The position numbers were made by a program, and so were the translations under genes. The notes beneath the pieces are model-generated. The model was not told where the DNA came from, did no database searches, and saw only the letters and a program-made list of their open reading frames with translations. Of a DNA stretch of 64,000 bases, positions 44,889-53,698 are shown one piece after another; within the stretch, counting starts at the first letter, position 1; each line of letters opens with the position of its first letter. Origin of the DNA: an uncultured Thermoanaerobaculia bacterium (GTDB lineage Bacteria > Acidobacteriota > UBA4820 > DSQY01); assembly GCA_964589625.1 (NCBI GenBank), contig CAZPSH010000002.1, positions 68,469 through 132,468 of the forward strand, given 5' to 3'.

Positions 44889-47831
44889 ATGAGAAGGCGC
44901 AACGGTTGGGTGATCGGGGCGGTCCTCGCGTGTTTGGCGAGCGCGGCGGAAGGGGCTTACCCGGAACAGAAGCTGCGGTTCGGACTGCGGGTGGGGCCGG
45001 AGCAGTGGACGGCCGCCGGGGAGGCGCTGCGGCTGGCGCCGGCCGATCCGGCCAACCCGGTTGGCCTCACGATCCAAATTCCCGCGGAATGGACCCAGGC
45101 CCCGGATTGGGGAGCCCTGGACGGCGTCTTGGAGGCGGCGAGGGCGGCGAACGCTAGGCTCTGCGTCACCACGGCCATTCCCGCGGAGCCGGCATCGCCC
45201 GAGACCCTGAAATACCTGGCCACCCTCTCCTCCCACGCCGGGGAGGAGGCGGACGCGATGGGACTCTCTTTCGCCCCGTCGGAATTCTCGGAGGCCCTCC
45301 TGTCGGAGCCCGACCAGCTGGCTCTGGCCCTCAAGCGCGTGACGGCTTCCTTGAGGGGGGGAAGCGGCGCGAAGATTCTGCTGGGGGAGGTTTCCCCGGC
45401 CGACCTGCCTCTCTTGGAACCCCTCTACGAGAGGGACTTCCGAGCCTACGTGGAGGGGTATTCGTCGGCGACCACGGGGAGCGCGGGCGAACCGTCGGAG
45501 GCCGTCGTGTCCTTTCTCCAGGGGTACCACCTGGGGGCGCCCTTGCTCCTGCACTTGCCCCGCACGACGAATCCCATCGCCGCCCAAATCCTCGTCCTCG
45601 CCTCGGCGAGCCGGGACGTGACGTACACGGATGTGGAGGCCGTGGACCCCGCTTCCGCCTGGAGTGGGCTCCTGGACCTCCGCGCGCGGCTCTCGCCGGG
45701 GACGGCGCCCGGCTTCGGCGCCATGGCCACGCAGATCACCGGGCCCGAGGGGGCGAGACCCGATGTGGGCCTGATCCACCTCCTCGACGCGGATCGCATG
45801 GCCCAGTCGATGGTGCTCGTGCCCCGCGTGGCGGGCTCTCGCCCCGGAGTCCTCCGGGTCCGGCTCCCGACGGCGGACATCACGGACCCGATCCTGTACA
45901 TCCTTCCGGGGTGCGAGCGCCGGGACGTGGGGTACACGGCGGACCAGAAGAAGCAGGAGACGGCCCTGGAGGTGCCCTGGGAGGGCCGGCCCCTTCTCCT
46001 CTCCTTCAACCGTCTTCGGACGGGCACGGTGGGCCAAGAGGAACTGACGGTCACCAGCGTCTACCGTCTTCCCGTGGAGGTGATCCTGGCGCGGCACCAG
46101 GCCGTGAGCCAGCCCCAGGAGATCTTCCTGGACAACTACGTGCGCGACGCGCAGGTGGACTACCACTTCCGCCTCCCGGGGGGCACCGGGAGCTTGGACG
46201 TCACCTTTCTCAACACCTTCTTCTTCGAGAAGGGGGCCGGGGCCCGGTGGGTCCAGAACCAGCTCCTCGTGAACGGAGTGGCCTGGAAGGGCAAGACCCT
46301 GCCCGAACTGCCCATCATTGAGCCCGAGAAGGTCAACGCCCTACCCCTGGGATTGACCCTGGGCCGGGATTACACGTACCGCTACCTGAAGGACGATGTG
46401 GTGGAGGGGGTGACCTGTTTCGAGGTGGAGTTCGTCCCCGCCGAGGACGCCCGGGGCAGCCTCTACACCGGCAAGGTCTGGATCAGCCACGATTCCTACC
46501 AGAAAATCCGCATGTCGGTCCGCCAGGTCGGGCTCAAGGAGCCCCTCGTCAGCAACGAGGAGACCGATTTCTACGCTCCGTACCAGGCCCCGGACGGGAG
46601 GTCCTTCTGGCTCCTGTCCCGGGTTCGCGGACAGCAGATCTTCTCCGTCGTCGGCCAGAACGTGGTGGGGGAGAGGGAAATCAACTTCGGGGCGCCGCGC
46701 CTGAACGACGCGGGCTTCCGGGCGTCGGTGGCCGAGGCGGAGGCCAGCGACCGGCGCATCCTCCAGGAGACCGACCAGGGCCTCAAATACCTCGAGAAGC
46801 AGGCCGACGGAACCCGTAAGATCCAGTTGGACCAGAAGACGGGCCGCCTCTTCGCGGTGGGCGGATTCTATTACGACAAGAGCCTCGACTTTCCGCTCCC
46901 CCTCGTGGGGGTCAACTATTTCGACTACGACTACAAGAAGACGAAGACCCAGGTGAACCTGCTGGTCGCGGGCGCCGTGAACAGCCTGGCGGCGTCCAAG
47001 GTCAATCTCCTGCCCAAGGTGGACGGGAGCCTGAACACCGTCCTCTTCGCCGTCCCCTTCCAGGACCGCCTCTACCGCGGCGGCGTGGAGGACGAGGGCC
47101 AGAAGGTGAAGATCCTGAGGGAGTCCGTGTCCGTGGGCGCCGGCTGGCGCTTTCAGGAATTCTCCAAGCTCTCCCTGGACCTCCGCGGCAGGTATCTCCG
47201 CTTCTCGCGCACCTCCGACACCGCCCCCGGGTTCGTCCTCCCCGAGGACCACTTCGACTGGGAGGCCGACGTTTCCTACGACTTCTCCTGGAAGGGCTGG
47301 TCCCTGGGCTCGAGTTACGAAATGCACAGAAGGAGCCGGTGGGAGCCGTGGGGGCTTCCCGGAAGCCCGAGGGACGTCTCGGCCTTCAAGGACTACGTCC
47401 AGTGGAGCGCCGCCTTCAGCAAGGCCTTCTACCTTCCCAAGTTCCAGAAGGTGTCGGCCTCCATCTCCTGGCTCGACGGGAAGGACCTGGACCGCTTCAG
47501 CCGCTACGAGTTTACCTACCTCGGCCGTCGATCCCTGGCCGGCTTCGCCGGGAGCGGGATCCGCTTCGACCGGGGCTCCATCGCCGCCCTCGCCTACCAG
47601 TTCAACCTGGCGCAGGTGGTGCGCTTCGGCGTCTCCCTCGAGCACGCGCGCATCCAGCCCATCAAGAGGCTGGGAACGTGGCAGAACCACACCGGGGTGA
47701 GCCTCTCGGGCTCCGTGGCGGGCCCCTGGCAGACGCTGTGGACGCTGGATGCGGGCTACGCGCTCCGCAGCGACGTGGGTCCGGTGGAGAGGGACTATAC
47801 GGTGGCCCTCGCCATCCTCAAGCTCTGGTGA
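44889..47831 (+). CDS. large secreted/outer-membrane protein with C-terminal beta-barrel signature (terminal ...AILKLW)
   Basis: Signal peptide MRRRNGWVIGAVLACLASAAEG; 980 aa; alternating amphipathic strands in last ~300 aa; C-terminal aromatic. Confidence 0.55.
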   Translation: MRRRNGWVIGAVLACLASAAEGAYPEQKLRFGLRVGPEQWTAAGEALRLAPADPANPVGLTIQIPAEWTQAPDWGALDGVLEAARAANARLCVTTAIPAEPASPETLKYLATLSSHAGEEADAMGLSFAPSEFSEALLSEPDQLALALKRVTASLRGGSGAKILLGEVSPADLPLLEPLYERDFRAYVEGYSSATTGSAGEPSEAVVSFLQGYHLGAPLLLHLPRTTNPIAAQILVLASASRDVTYTDVEAVDPASAWSGLLDLRARLSPGTAPGFGAMATQITGPEGARPDVGLIHLLDADRMAQSMVLVPRVAGSRPGVLRVRLPTADITDPILYILPGCERRDVGYTADQKKQETALEVPWEGRPLLLSFNRLRTGTVGQEELTVTSVYRLPVEVILARHQAVSQPQEIFLDNYVRDAQVDYHFRLPGGTGSLDVTFLNTFFFEKGAGARWVQNQLLVNGVAWKGKTLPELPIIEPEKVNALPLGLTLGRDYTYRYLKDDVVEGVTCFEVEFVPAEDARGSLYTGKVWISHDSYQKIRMSVRQVGLKEPLVSNEETDFYAPYQAPDGRSFWLLSRVRGQQIFSVVGQNVVGEREINFGAPRLNDAGFRASVAEAEASDRRILQETDQGLKYLEKQADGTRKIQLDQKTGRLFAVGGFYYDKSLDFPLPLVGVNYFDYDYKKTKTQVNLLVAGAVNSLAASKVNLLPKVDGSLNTVLFAVPFQDRLYRGGVEDEGQKVKILRESVSVGAGWRFQEFSKLSLDLRGRYLRFSRTSDTAPGFVLPEDHFDWEADVSYDFSWKGWSLGSSYEMHRRSRWEPWGLPGSPRDVSAFKDYVQWSAAFSKAFYLPKFQKVSASISWLDGKDLDRFSRYEFTYLGRRSLAGFAGSGIRFDRGSIAALAYQFNLAQVVRFGVSLEHARIQPIKRLGTWQNHTGVSLSGSVAGPWQTLWTLDAGYALRSDVGPVERDYTVALAILKLW

Positions 47832-47841
47832 GGAGGGGAAG

Positions 47842-48810
47842 GTGGCGGCCCGGCTTCCGCTCCTCGTCCTGACGTCCCCCCTCCCCGGGGACGCCCTCGA
47901 CCTCGCCGAGGGAAAGGCCCGGGTTCATACGCTCCGCCCGCGCGGTCCCCTCTCGGAGGAGGCTCTTCTGCGGGCGCTGAGGCGCGCGGTCGGCGCCGTC
48001 ACGCTTCTGAGCCACCCCATGTCGGCGCGGGTCCTGGAATCGTGCCCCAAGCTGAAGGTGGTCTCCAACTACGCGGTGGGGACCGACAACGTGGACCTGG
48101 AGGCCGCACGGAGGTTGGGCATTCGCGTGACGAACACGCCCGATGTCCTCACCGAGGCGACGGCGGACCTCGCCTGGACCCTCCTTCTGGGCGCCGCGCG
48201 GCGGGTCTCCGAGGGCGACCGGATGGTGCGCGCGGGCCGCTTCCGGGGATGGGCCCCCGGCCTTCTCCTCGGGATGGACTTAAGGGGAAAGCTCCTCGGG
48301 GTCGTCGGCATGGGGCGCATCGGCAGGGCCGTCGCCCGGCGCGCGCCCGCCTTCGGCATGAGGGTGGCCTACGCCCAGCGCCGCCGGCTCCTCGAGTCCG
48401 AGGAGGCCGCCCTCGGCGCGACGTACATGGACCTCGACTCCCTCTTGAGGTCGGCCGACGTCGTGAGCCTGCACTGTCCGCTCACACCGGAGACCCGGCA
48501 CCTCCTCGACGACCGACGCCTGCGCTCCATGAAGCCCGGGGCCGTTCTCGTGAACACGGCCCGGGGGCCCGTGGTGGACGAGGCGGCTCTCGTGGAGCGC
48601 CTTCGCGAGGGTCGCCTGTTGGCGGCGGGATTGGACGTTTACGAGGGCGAACCGGCTCTGGCTCCGGGCCTGAGGGACCTGCCCAACGTCCTGCTCCTGC
48701 CGCACCTGGGGTCTGCCGGGGAGGAAACCCGGGCCGAGATGGCGCGGATGGCGGTGGCGGACTGCCTTGCGGTGATGGAAGGCCGGGAGCCGGCCCATCC
48801 CGTCGTTTGA
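47842..48810 (+). CDS. D-isomer-specific 2-hydroxyacid dehydrogenase (glyoxylate/hydroxypyruvate reductase-like)
   Basis: GTG start after GGAGGGGAAG; NAD-binding GVVGMGRIGRAVARRA, catalytic R..E..H pattern. Confidence 0.8.
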   Translation: MAARLPLLVLTSPLPGDALDLAEGKARVHTLRPRGPLSEEALLRALRRAVGAVTLLSHPMSARVLESCPKLKVVSNYAVGTDNVDLEAARRLGIRVTNTPDVLTEATADLAWTLLLGAARRVSEGDRMVRAGRFRGWAPGLLLGMDLRGKLLGVVGMGRIGRAVARRAPAFGMRVAYAQRRRLLESEEAALGATYMDLDSLLRSADVVSLHCPLTPETRHLLDDRRLRSMKPGAVLVNTARGPVVDEAALVERLREGRLLAAGLDVYEGEPALAPGLRDLPNVLLLPHLGSAGEETRAEMARMAVADCLAVMEGREPAHPVV

Positions 48811-48833
48811 GCAGGAGATCCGGAGGGAGGCCG

Positions 48834-49892
48834 ATGGCCATGGGCGCGGAGGTGGAACTCCGGCGGGGGGCAAGGCTTCTGGTCCGCCTGCCGAACTGGG
48901 TGGGGGACGTGCTCTTCTGCACGCCCTCCCTGGCGGCCCTCCGCCGCGCGCGGCCCGATGTTCGCGTCACCGCCCTCGTGAGGCCCTCCGTGCTCCCGGC
49001 GGTGGAAGGCCTGCCCTTCGTGGACGAGGTCCTCACGCTCTCGGCAACCACACCCGGCCGAACCCTGGCCGAGGCGCGGAGGCTGCGAGCCCTGGGGTTC
49101 CACGCCGCGCTCGTATTTCCCAAGGGATTCCGCGAGGCGCTCCTCGTGCGGCTGGCGGGCATCCCCGTGCGGATCGGATTGGCCACCGACCGGAGGAGAG
49201 CCCTCCTCACCCGGCCGGTGTCTTTCACCCGCGAGGACTGGGGGCGCCACCACGTGGACCAGTTCGCCCGGGTCCTCTCCCCCCTGGGCATTTCGCTGGC
49301 GGGCGAAGGCATGGCCTTCCCCGTCGGTGCGACGGACCGGGAGGCGGCCTCGGCGCTCCTGCGCGCGTGCGGCGTCGAGAGGCCGTACGCGGTCCTCCAC
49401 GCGGGGGCGAGCAAATTGCCAAGGGCCTGGCACCCGGAGCGCTTCGCCGAGGTGGCCCGCGGGCTCAGCGCGCGTGGAGGTCTGGCGGTGGTCCTCGTTG
49501 GAACGGCGGCCGAATCCGAGCTCTGCGAGGCGGTGAGGGCTGGGGCCCCGGAGGCCGTGAGCGTGGCCGGCAAGACGAACCTGAAGTCCATGGCCGCCCT
49601 CCTGGAGGGGGCCGCTCTTTTTCTGGGCAGCGACTCGGGCCCCATGCACCTCGCCGCCGCGGCGGGCGCGCCGGTGGTGGCGGTCTTCGGTCCTGGCGCC
49701 CCCGGGAAGACGGCCCCCTACGTGCCGGCCCGCCGGTTTCGGGTCGTCTACACGGCGCACCCATGCTCTCCCTGCCGCCAGGCCTTCTGGAAGGAGTGCC
49801 GCCCCTCGCCCTCGGGCAAGCCTCCCTGCATCGAGGGCGTCCATTCCGCCAGCGTGCTGTCCGCCTGTCTGGAGCTCCTGGACTCGAAGTGA
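48834..49892 (+). CDS. LPS heptosyltransferase family glycosyltransferase (GT9)
   Basis: Start MAMGAEVEL after GGAGGGAGG; GT9 motifs (LLVRLPNWVGD, GSDSGPMHLAAAAGAPVV); upstream part of ORF is junk. Confidence 0.75.
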   Translation: MAMGAEVELRRGARLLVRLPNWVGDVLFCTPSLAALRRARPDVRVTALVRPSVLPAVEGLPFVDEVLTLSATTPGRTLAEARRLRALGFHAALVFPKGFREALLVRLAGIPVRIGLATDRRRALLTRPVSFTREDWGRHHVDQFARVLSPLGISLAGEGMAFPVGATDREAASALLRACGVERPYAVLHAGASKLPRAWHPERFAEVARGLSARGGLAVVLVGTAAESELCEAVRAGAPEAVSVAGKTNLKSMAALLEGAALFLGSDSGPMHLAAAAGAPVVAVFGPGAPGKTAPYVPARRFRVVYTAHPCSPCRQAFWKECRPSPSGKPPCIEGVHSASVLSACLELLDSK

Positions 49893-50010
49893 CGCGATGG
49901 GGGACGAGCCCCGAGGCACAGGAGCCTGCGATGGCTCAGGAGACCTTTCGCCGCAATGCGGCCTCGGCTTCTTTGGTTCGTGGGCCCTTGGACGCTCGAA
50001 GTCGATCTCT

Positions 50011-50589
50011 TCAAAACCCCAGGGTCTTGCACCGTCCTGAGCCGTCGCAGGCCTTTCCCGGCTCGATCCAACAGGCGTGCGGTTCTGGCTCGGCCTCCCC
50101 GAGGATCTCTCGGAGGATCTGCCGGTCGGGGCTGGAGAGCGTGCGCGAGGGCGCCGCCTGGGAGGCGGCCGGGGCGGGGGAGTCCGGCGGAGGTTGCGCC
50201 GGGGCCCTCTCCGCGGAGGGCAGAGAGGAACCGCGCTCGGATTCCTCCCCCACGAGGGCCACGCCCGTCCCGGAAATGCGGATGAACCACCGGGCGAACT
50301 GCTCCTGCAACCGCGGAGGGTACGAGGAGAGGCCGATGGCGCGCTCCACCGCCGGCCGGTCGAGGAAGACCGGCCGGCCCGCCCGGAGCATAGCGAGGAC
50401 CTGGTCCACCAGGGGATCCCCGGCCTGCAGGTAGGCAAGCCGGCTCAGCTCCGCCAAACCGATTCGCGTGATTCTCAACTCCGCCGGAAGGGGGGCGGAC
50501 TCCGGCGCGCCGGGGTCATCCGGAGGGGCCGATGGCCCTGAGAGCCTCCGGAGGGCGCCCGCCGCCAGGGACTTTACGGCGCTGTCCAC
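50011..50589 (-). CDS. hypothetical protein, last gene of microcompartment operon (Cys-rich C-terminus)
   Basis: 192 aa, no recognised motif; C-terminal CWIEPGKACDGSGRC; start uncertain. Confidence 0.35.
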   Translation of the reverse strand: MDSAVKSLAAGALRRLSGPSAPPDDPGAPESAPLPAELRITRIGLAELSRLAYLQAGDPLVDQVLAMLRAGRPVFLDRPAVERAIGLSSYPPRLQEQFARWFIRISGTGVALVGEESERGSSLPSAERAPAQPPPDSPAPAASQAAPSRTLSSPDRQILREILGEAEPEPHACWIEPGKACDGSGRCKTLGF

Positions 50590-50876
50590 GGGTCATCCCT
50601 GCGGGAAGGGGTCAACCGAACCTGATCTACGACGGCGAGGACCACGGCGTCCAAGGGGTTGTCCCCCCGCCCCACGGCGTCCACCGCGCTTTGCCCCTCG
50701 AGGCAGAGGAGGACCTCGTCGCCCTCTCCAGCGTCCACCAGGTCCACGGCGGTCATGGGGAGCCCAAGGGGCCTCCGGTCCAGGTCGAGGGGTTGCACCT
50801 GAAGGAGCTTGAGTCCCTCGTACTTGTAGAACTTCTGTGTGGCGACGACGGTGCCCACGACCCGGCCCACCTTCAC
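50574..50876 (-). CDS. BMC vertex protein (BMC-P, EutN/CcmL/PduN family), third copy
   Basis: GTG start overlapping previous TGA (GTGA); MKVGRVVGTVVATQKFYKYEGLKLLQVQPL typical BMC-P N-terminus. Confidence 0.7.
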   Translation of the reverse strand: MKVGRVVGTVVATQKFYKYEGLKLLQVQPLDLDRRPLGLPMTAVDLVDAGEGDEVLLCLEGQSAVDAVGRGDNPLDAVVLAVVDQVRLTPSRRDDPWTAP

Positions 50877-51160
50877 GGCAGCGCCTCGTGCAGTTCGTCC
50901 ACGATGCCGACGATGGCGGCGTCGCAGGGAACGATGGCGGGAAGAAAGGCGTAGGAGGCCTCCCGCTGGCGGACGTACAGCACCACCTCGCCGGCGCCCG
51001 CCCCCGCGGCGTCCAAGGCCACGAAGGGCCTCTCCCGGCCGTTCAGCGGCTCCACCAGGAGGAGTTTGTGCCCCTCGAGGCGGGCGTCCTTCATCGTCGA
51101 CACGAGGTTTCCGATCACTTTCCCGACGTTCACCGTCCCGCGCCTTTCGACCCGCCCCAA
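50873..51160 (-). CDS. BMC vertex protein (BMC-P), second copy (start may be internal GTG)
   Basis: VGKVIGNLVSTMKDARLEGHKLLLVEPL...GAGEVVLYV EutN-like. Confidence 0.7.
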   Translation of the reverse strand: MGRVERRGTVNVGKVIGNLVSTMKDARLEGHKLLLVEPLNGRERPFVALDAAGAGAGEVVLYVRQREASYAFLPAIVPCDAAIVGIVDELHEALP

Positions 51161-51164
51161 TCCC

Positions 51165-51232
51165 GAATCCCCAACTCCCCTTGGGTTTCGGAGTTCGAAA
51201 TCCGAAATTCGACATCCGAAATCCGGCCCCCC
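51165..51232. repeat. GGATTTCG-rich intergenic element between BMC-P1 and BMC-P2 (related to 12171..12205 heptamer repeat)
   Basis: Minus strand GGATTTCGGATGTCGAATTTCGGATTTCGAACTCCGAAACCC...GGGGATTCGGGATTGGGG; only non-overlapping junction in the shell operon. Confidence 0.6.
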
Positions 51233-51233
51233 G

Positions 51234-51500
51234 TCAGTCCAGGCTTACGGTGTCCACGATGCCAACGATGGCCGCGTCCACGGGGGCGTCCTTGGTTCGC
51301 TCGGTCATCCGGGCGGACGACCCCGTGCAAAGGATCACGGTTTCCCGGAATCCGGCCTGAACCGTGTCCACCGCCACCTCGTAGCCCCCGTCGGGCTCGA
51401 GGCGGGGCGTGAGCGTCGCCACCACCAGGAGCTTGCACCCCGACAGGCGGGCGTCCTTTCGGGTGGCCACGACGGTGCCCACCACCCTTCCGAGGCGCAC
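51234..51500 (-). CDS. BMC vertex protein (BMC-P), first copy
   Basis: MRLGRVVGTVVATRKDARLSGCKLLVV...; 88 aa. Confidence 0.8.
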   Translation of the reverse strand: MRLGRVVGTVVATRKDARLSGCKLLVVATLTPRLEPDGGYEVAVDTVQAGFRETVILCTGSSARMTERTKDAPVDAAIVGIVDTVSLD

Positions 51501-51503
51501 GAC

Positions 51504-51803
51504 CTACTCGTTGGCGCTGGAGTGCCCGATGGGGAGGGCGTCCTCGAGCGACTTGTGGGGCCGCGGGATCACGTGGACCGTGACCAGCTCGCCCACCTTG
51601 CGGGCGGCGGCGGCCCCCGCGTCCGTGGCGGCCTTCACGGCGGCCACGTCTCCCCGGACGATGGCGGTCACGTAGGCGCCGCCGATCTTCTCCCAGCCCA
51701 CGAGGGTCACCTTGGCGGCCTTGACCATGGCGTCCGACGCCTCGATCATCGCCACCAGACCCTTCGTCTCGATCATGCCCAGGGCCTCGCCGTATTCAGC
51801 CAT
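51504..51803 (-). CDS. BMC hexamer shell protein (BMC-H, PduA/EutM/CcmK family)
   Basis: [77 protein letters not shown] - canonical Pfam00936 pattern. Confidence 0.9.
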   Translation of the reverse strand: MAEYGEALGMIETKGLVAMIEASDAMVKAAKVTLVGWEKIGGAYVTAIVRGDVAAVKAATDAGAAAARKVGELVTVHVIPRPHKSLEDALPIGHSSANE

Positions 51804-51833
51804 GCCTTCCTCCTTGCACTCTCACCTCACATC

Positions 51834-52595
51834 TTACTTCATGGACCCCTCCGAATGGAACCGCGCGAACTCGCTCAGGAGCCGGACCAGGTCCTCCTCC
51901 CCCACGAACCGGCCCCCTCCGCCCGCCGCAGGGCACCCGTCGCACGGGCGCCCGGGGGCCGAGGCCAGGGCGTAACGGGCCCTCATGGAGTCCAGGTCGC
52001 GGACCACCGCGTCGGGGAGTTCGCGCCCTCCGCCCAAGGCATCGGTGTACAGGGTGATCCGTGCCGTGTGCTCCAAAGTTTCCATCCGGTAGTAGGCCGT
52101 CCTCACGTCGGGGCCGACGGCCACCGCGCCGTGGTTCGAAAGCAGGGCGGCGGCGCCCCCTCCGAGGATTTCGGCGGCCCTTCGGGCCAGGTCCGGCGTG
52201 GAGGGGAGTTCGAAGGGCACCAGGGGCACCGTTCCGAGGGCGAGGACCGCCTCCGAAAGAAGGGGACGATCCAGCCCGCGTCCCAGACAGGCCAGCGCCG
52301 TGGCGAAGGGCGGGTGGGCGTGAACCACCCCTCCCACGTCTGGTCGGGCCTGGTAAAGGGCCAGGTGGAGGGGCCACTCGCTCGAAGGATTCCCGGAGAG
52401 GGGCCGTCCGCCTGCGTCCAGGCGCGCCAGGAGATCCTCCCGGAGTTCCTCTTTAGGAAGGGCCGTGGGGGTGCAAAGGAACCCCTCGTTGGCCAGTCTG
52501 GCCGAGAGGTTCCCATCCGTGGCGGCGACGAAGCCGCGCCCGTGAAGGCGCCGACCGAAGTCCACGAGGTCACGCCGGACCTCGGCCTCGTCCAT
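51834..52595 (-). CDS. class II aldolase/adducin-family protein (L-fuculose/rhamnulose-phosphate aldolase-like) with C-terminal encapsulation-peptide-like extension
   Basis: ATDGNLSAR, HAHPPFATALA, SNHGAVAVG motifs; ~35-aa tail after Gly-rich linker (AAGGGGRF-VGEEDLVRLLSEFARFH) predicted amphipathic helix. Confidence 0.8.
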   Translation of the reverse strand: MDEAEVRRDLVDFGRRLHGRGFVAATDGNLSARLANEGFLCTPTALPKEELREDLLARLDAGGRPLSGNPSSEWPLHLALYQARPDVGGVVHAHPPFATALACLGRGLDRPLLSEAVLALGTVPLVPFELPSTPDLARRAAEILGGGAAALLSNHGAVAVGPDVRTAYYRMETLEHTARITLYTDALGGGRELPDAVVRDLDSMRARYALASAPGRPCDGCPAAGGGGRFVGEEDLVRLLSEFARFHSEGSMK

Positions 52596-52623
52596 GCCCC
52601 CACCTCCCCCGCGGCGTTCTGCG

Positions 52624-53202
52624 CTACTTTCGGACTTCCTGGGCGAGCCGCTTGGTCATCTCGTCTTCGGGATACAGCGCCTCGAGGTCCTTCAACGCCC
52701 GCTCGGCTCCGGCCTTGTCCTTCAGGTCAAAAAGAAGGACCACCACCCGGTTGTAGAGAGCCTGGCGCTTCTTCGGGTCCACGCCCAGCGCCTTGTCGAA
52801 GTAAGCCAGGGCCTCCCGCATCTTGCCGAGGTTCCGGTTGCAGATCCCGAGGTCCACCAGGACGTCGGTGTTCTGTGGCTGAAGCCTCAGGGCCTCCTCG
52901 TACCAGGGAATGGCCTGGTCGAACTTGCCGCCGTCGAAGTAGATGTTGGCGAGCATGATCCGCTTTTCGGCATCGGCCGGGTTGCTCTCGATGTCCGCGC
53001 GGATCTGGTCGAGCATGGCCTTGTGCTGATCCGGGTCGAAGGCCGGAGAGGCAGGCTGGCTGGACTGGGCCGCCTGGGTGTGCGGAGCGGCGGCCGGAGC
53101 CTTGGCGAGCTTTCCCTCGTAGTATTCACGCGTCACGATGAAACCGAGAACGGCGCCCAGGAGCACGCCGGCCACCAGCAGGAGCAAACTTTCTTTCTTC
53201 AT
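52624..53202 (-). CDS. TPR-repeat protein with N-terminal TM anchor
   Basis: Start MKKESLLLLVAGVLLGAVLGFIV; TPR-like repeats (ANIYFDGGKFDQAIPWYEEAL..., LGICNRNLGKMREALAYFDKAL). Confidence 0.6.
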   Translation of the reverse strand: MKKESLLLLVAGVLLGAVLGFIVTREYYEGKLAKAPAAAPHTQAAQSSQPASPAFDPDQHKAMLDQIRADIESNPADAEKRIMLANIYFDGGKFDQAIPWYEEALRLQPQNTDVLVDLGICNRNLGKMREALAYFDKALGVDPKKRQALYNRVVVLLFDLKDKAGAERALKDLEALYPEDEMTKRLAQEVRK

Positions 53203-53341
53203 TCGATCTCGTCTCCTTGGCCACCCGCCGGGGCGGGGGATTCGTCCGTAAACCTTACCCAATAAGGTGCGGGAATTCGGGGCCGGGGTCAAGGCCACGC
53301 CCTTGAAATTCCGAACACGACTCGCGTATACTCCTGCTTCC

Positions 53342-53418
53342 GCGCCCGTGGCTCAATTGGATAGAGCATCGGCCTACGGAGCCGGGGGTTGCAGGTTCGA
53401 GTCCTGCCGGGCGCACCA
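53342..53418 (+). tRNA. tRNA-Arg (anticodon ACG)
   Basis: 77 nt cloverleaf folded by hand: acceptor GCGCCCG/CGGGCGC, D-arm GCTC-AATTGGATA-GAGC, anticodon arm TCGGC-CTACGGA-GCCGG, T-arm GCAGG-TTCGAGT-CCTGC, encoded CCA. Confidence 0.8.
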
Positions 53419-53427
53419 GGAGGGCAA

Positions 53428-53456
53428 GGGGGGAGGGCTCTGCCCTCCCCCCTTTG
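53428..53456 (+). terminator. rho-independent terminator after tRNA-Arg
   Basis: GGGGGGAGGGC-tctg-CCCTCCCCCC followed by TTTG. Confidence 0.6.
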
Positions 53457-53698
53457 CGCTCGTCTCGCTTCGGTCGCCCCGCTAATCCCCCCACCCGTAG
53501 GAGATTGCGCTCCAGCGGGAGTGAATCCCGCTTCGTGCGGCTATCCTTTTTTTCAAAGGGAACCTGGGCGGGACGAGAAGGGCGGGAATCCCTCCGACGG
53601 CCTTGCGAAGCCGCGACCGGGAAAATAGGTGGCTGTCCCTAATTTTTTCGTTGACTCCCCGCCGGCTTCTCGACTACCCTACGCGCTACGGAGACGCG

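Noticed and set aside
53419-53698. Integrated mobile element at tRNA-Arg
   Set aside because: No integrase, excisionase or direct repeat of the tRNA 3' end was recognisable downstream. The adjacent ParA-like gene is atypical but not diagnostic.
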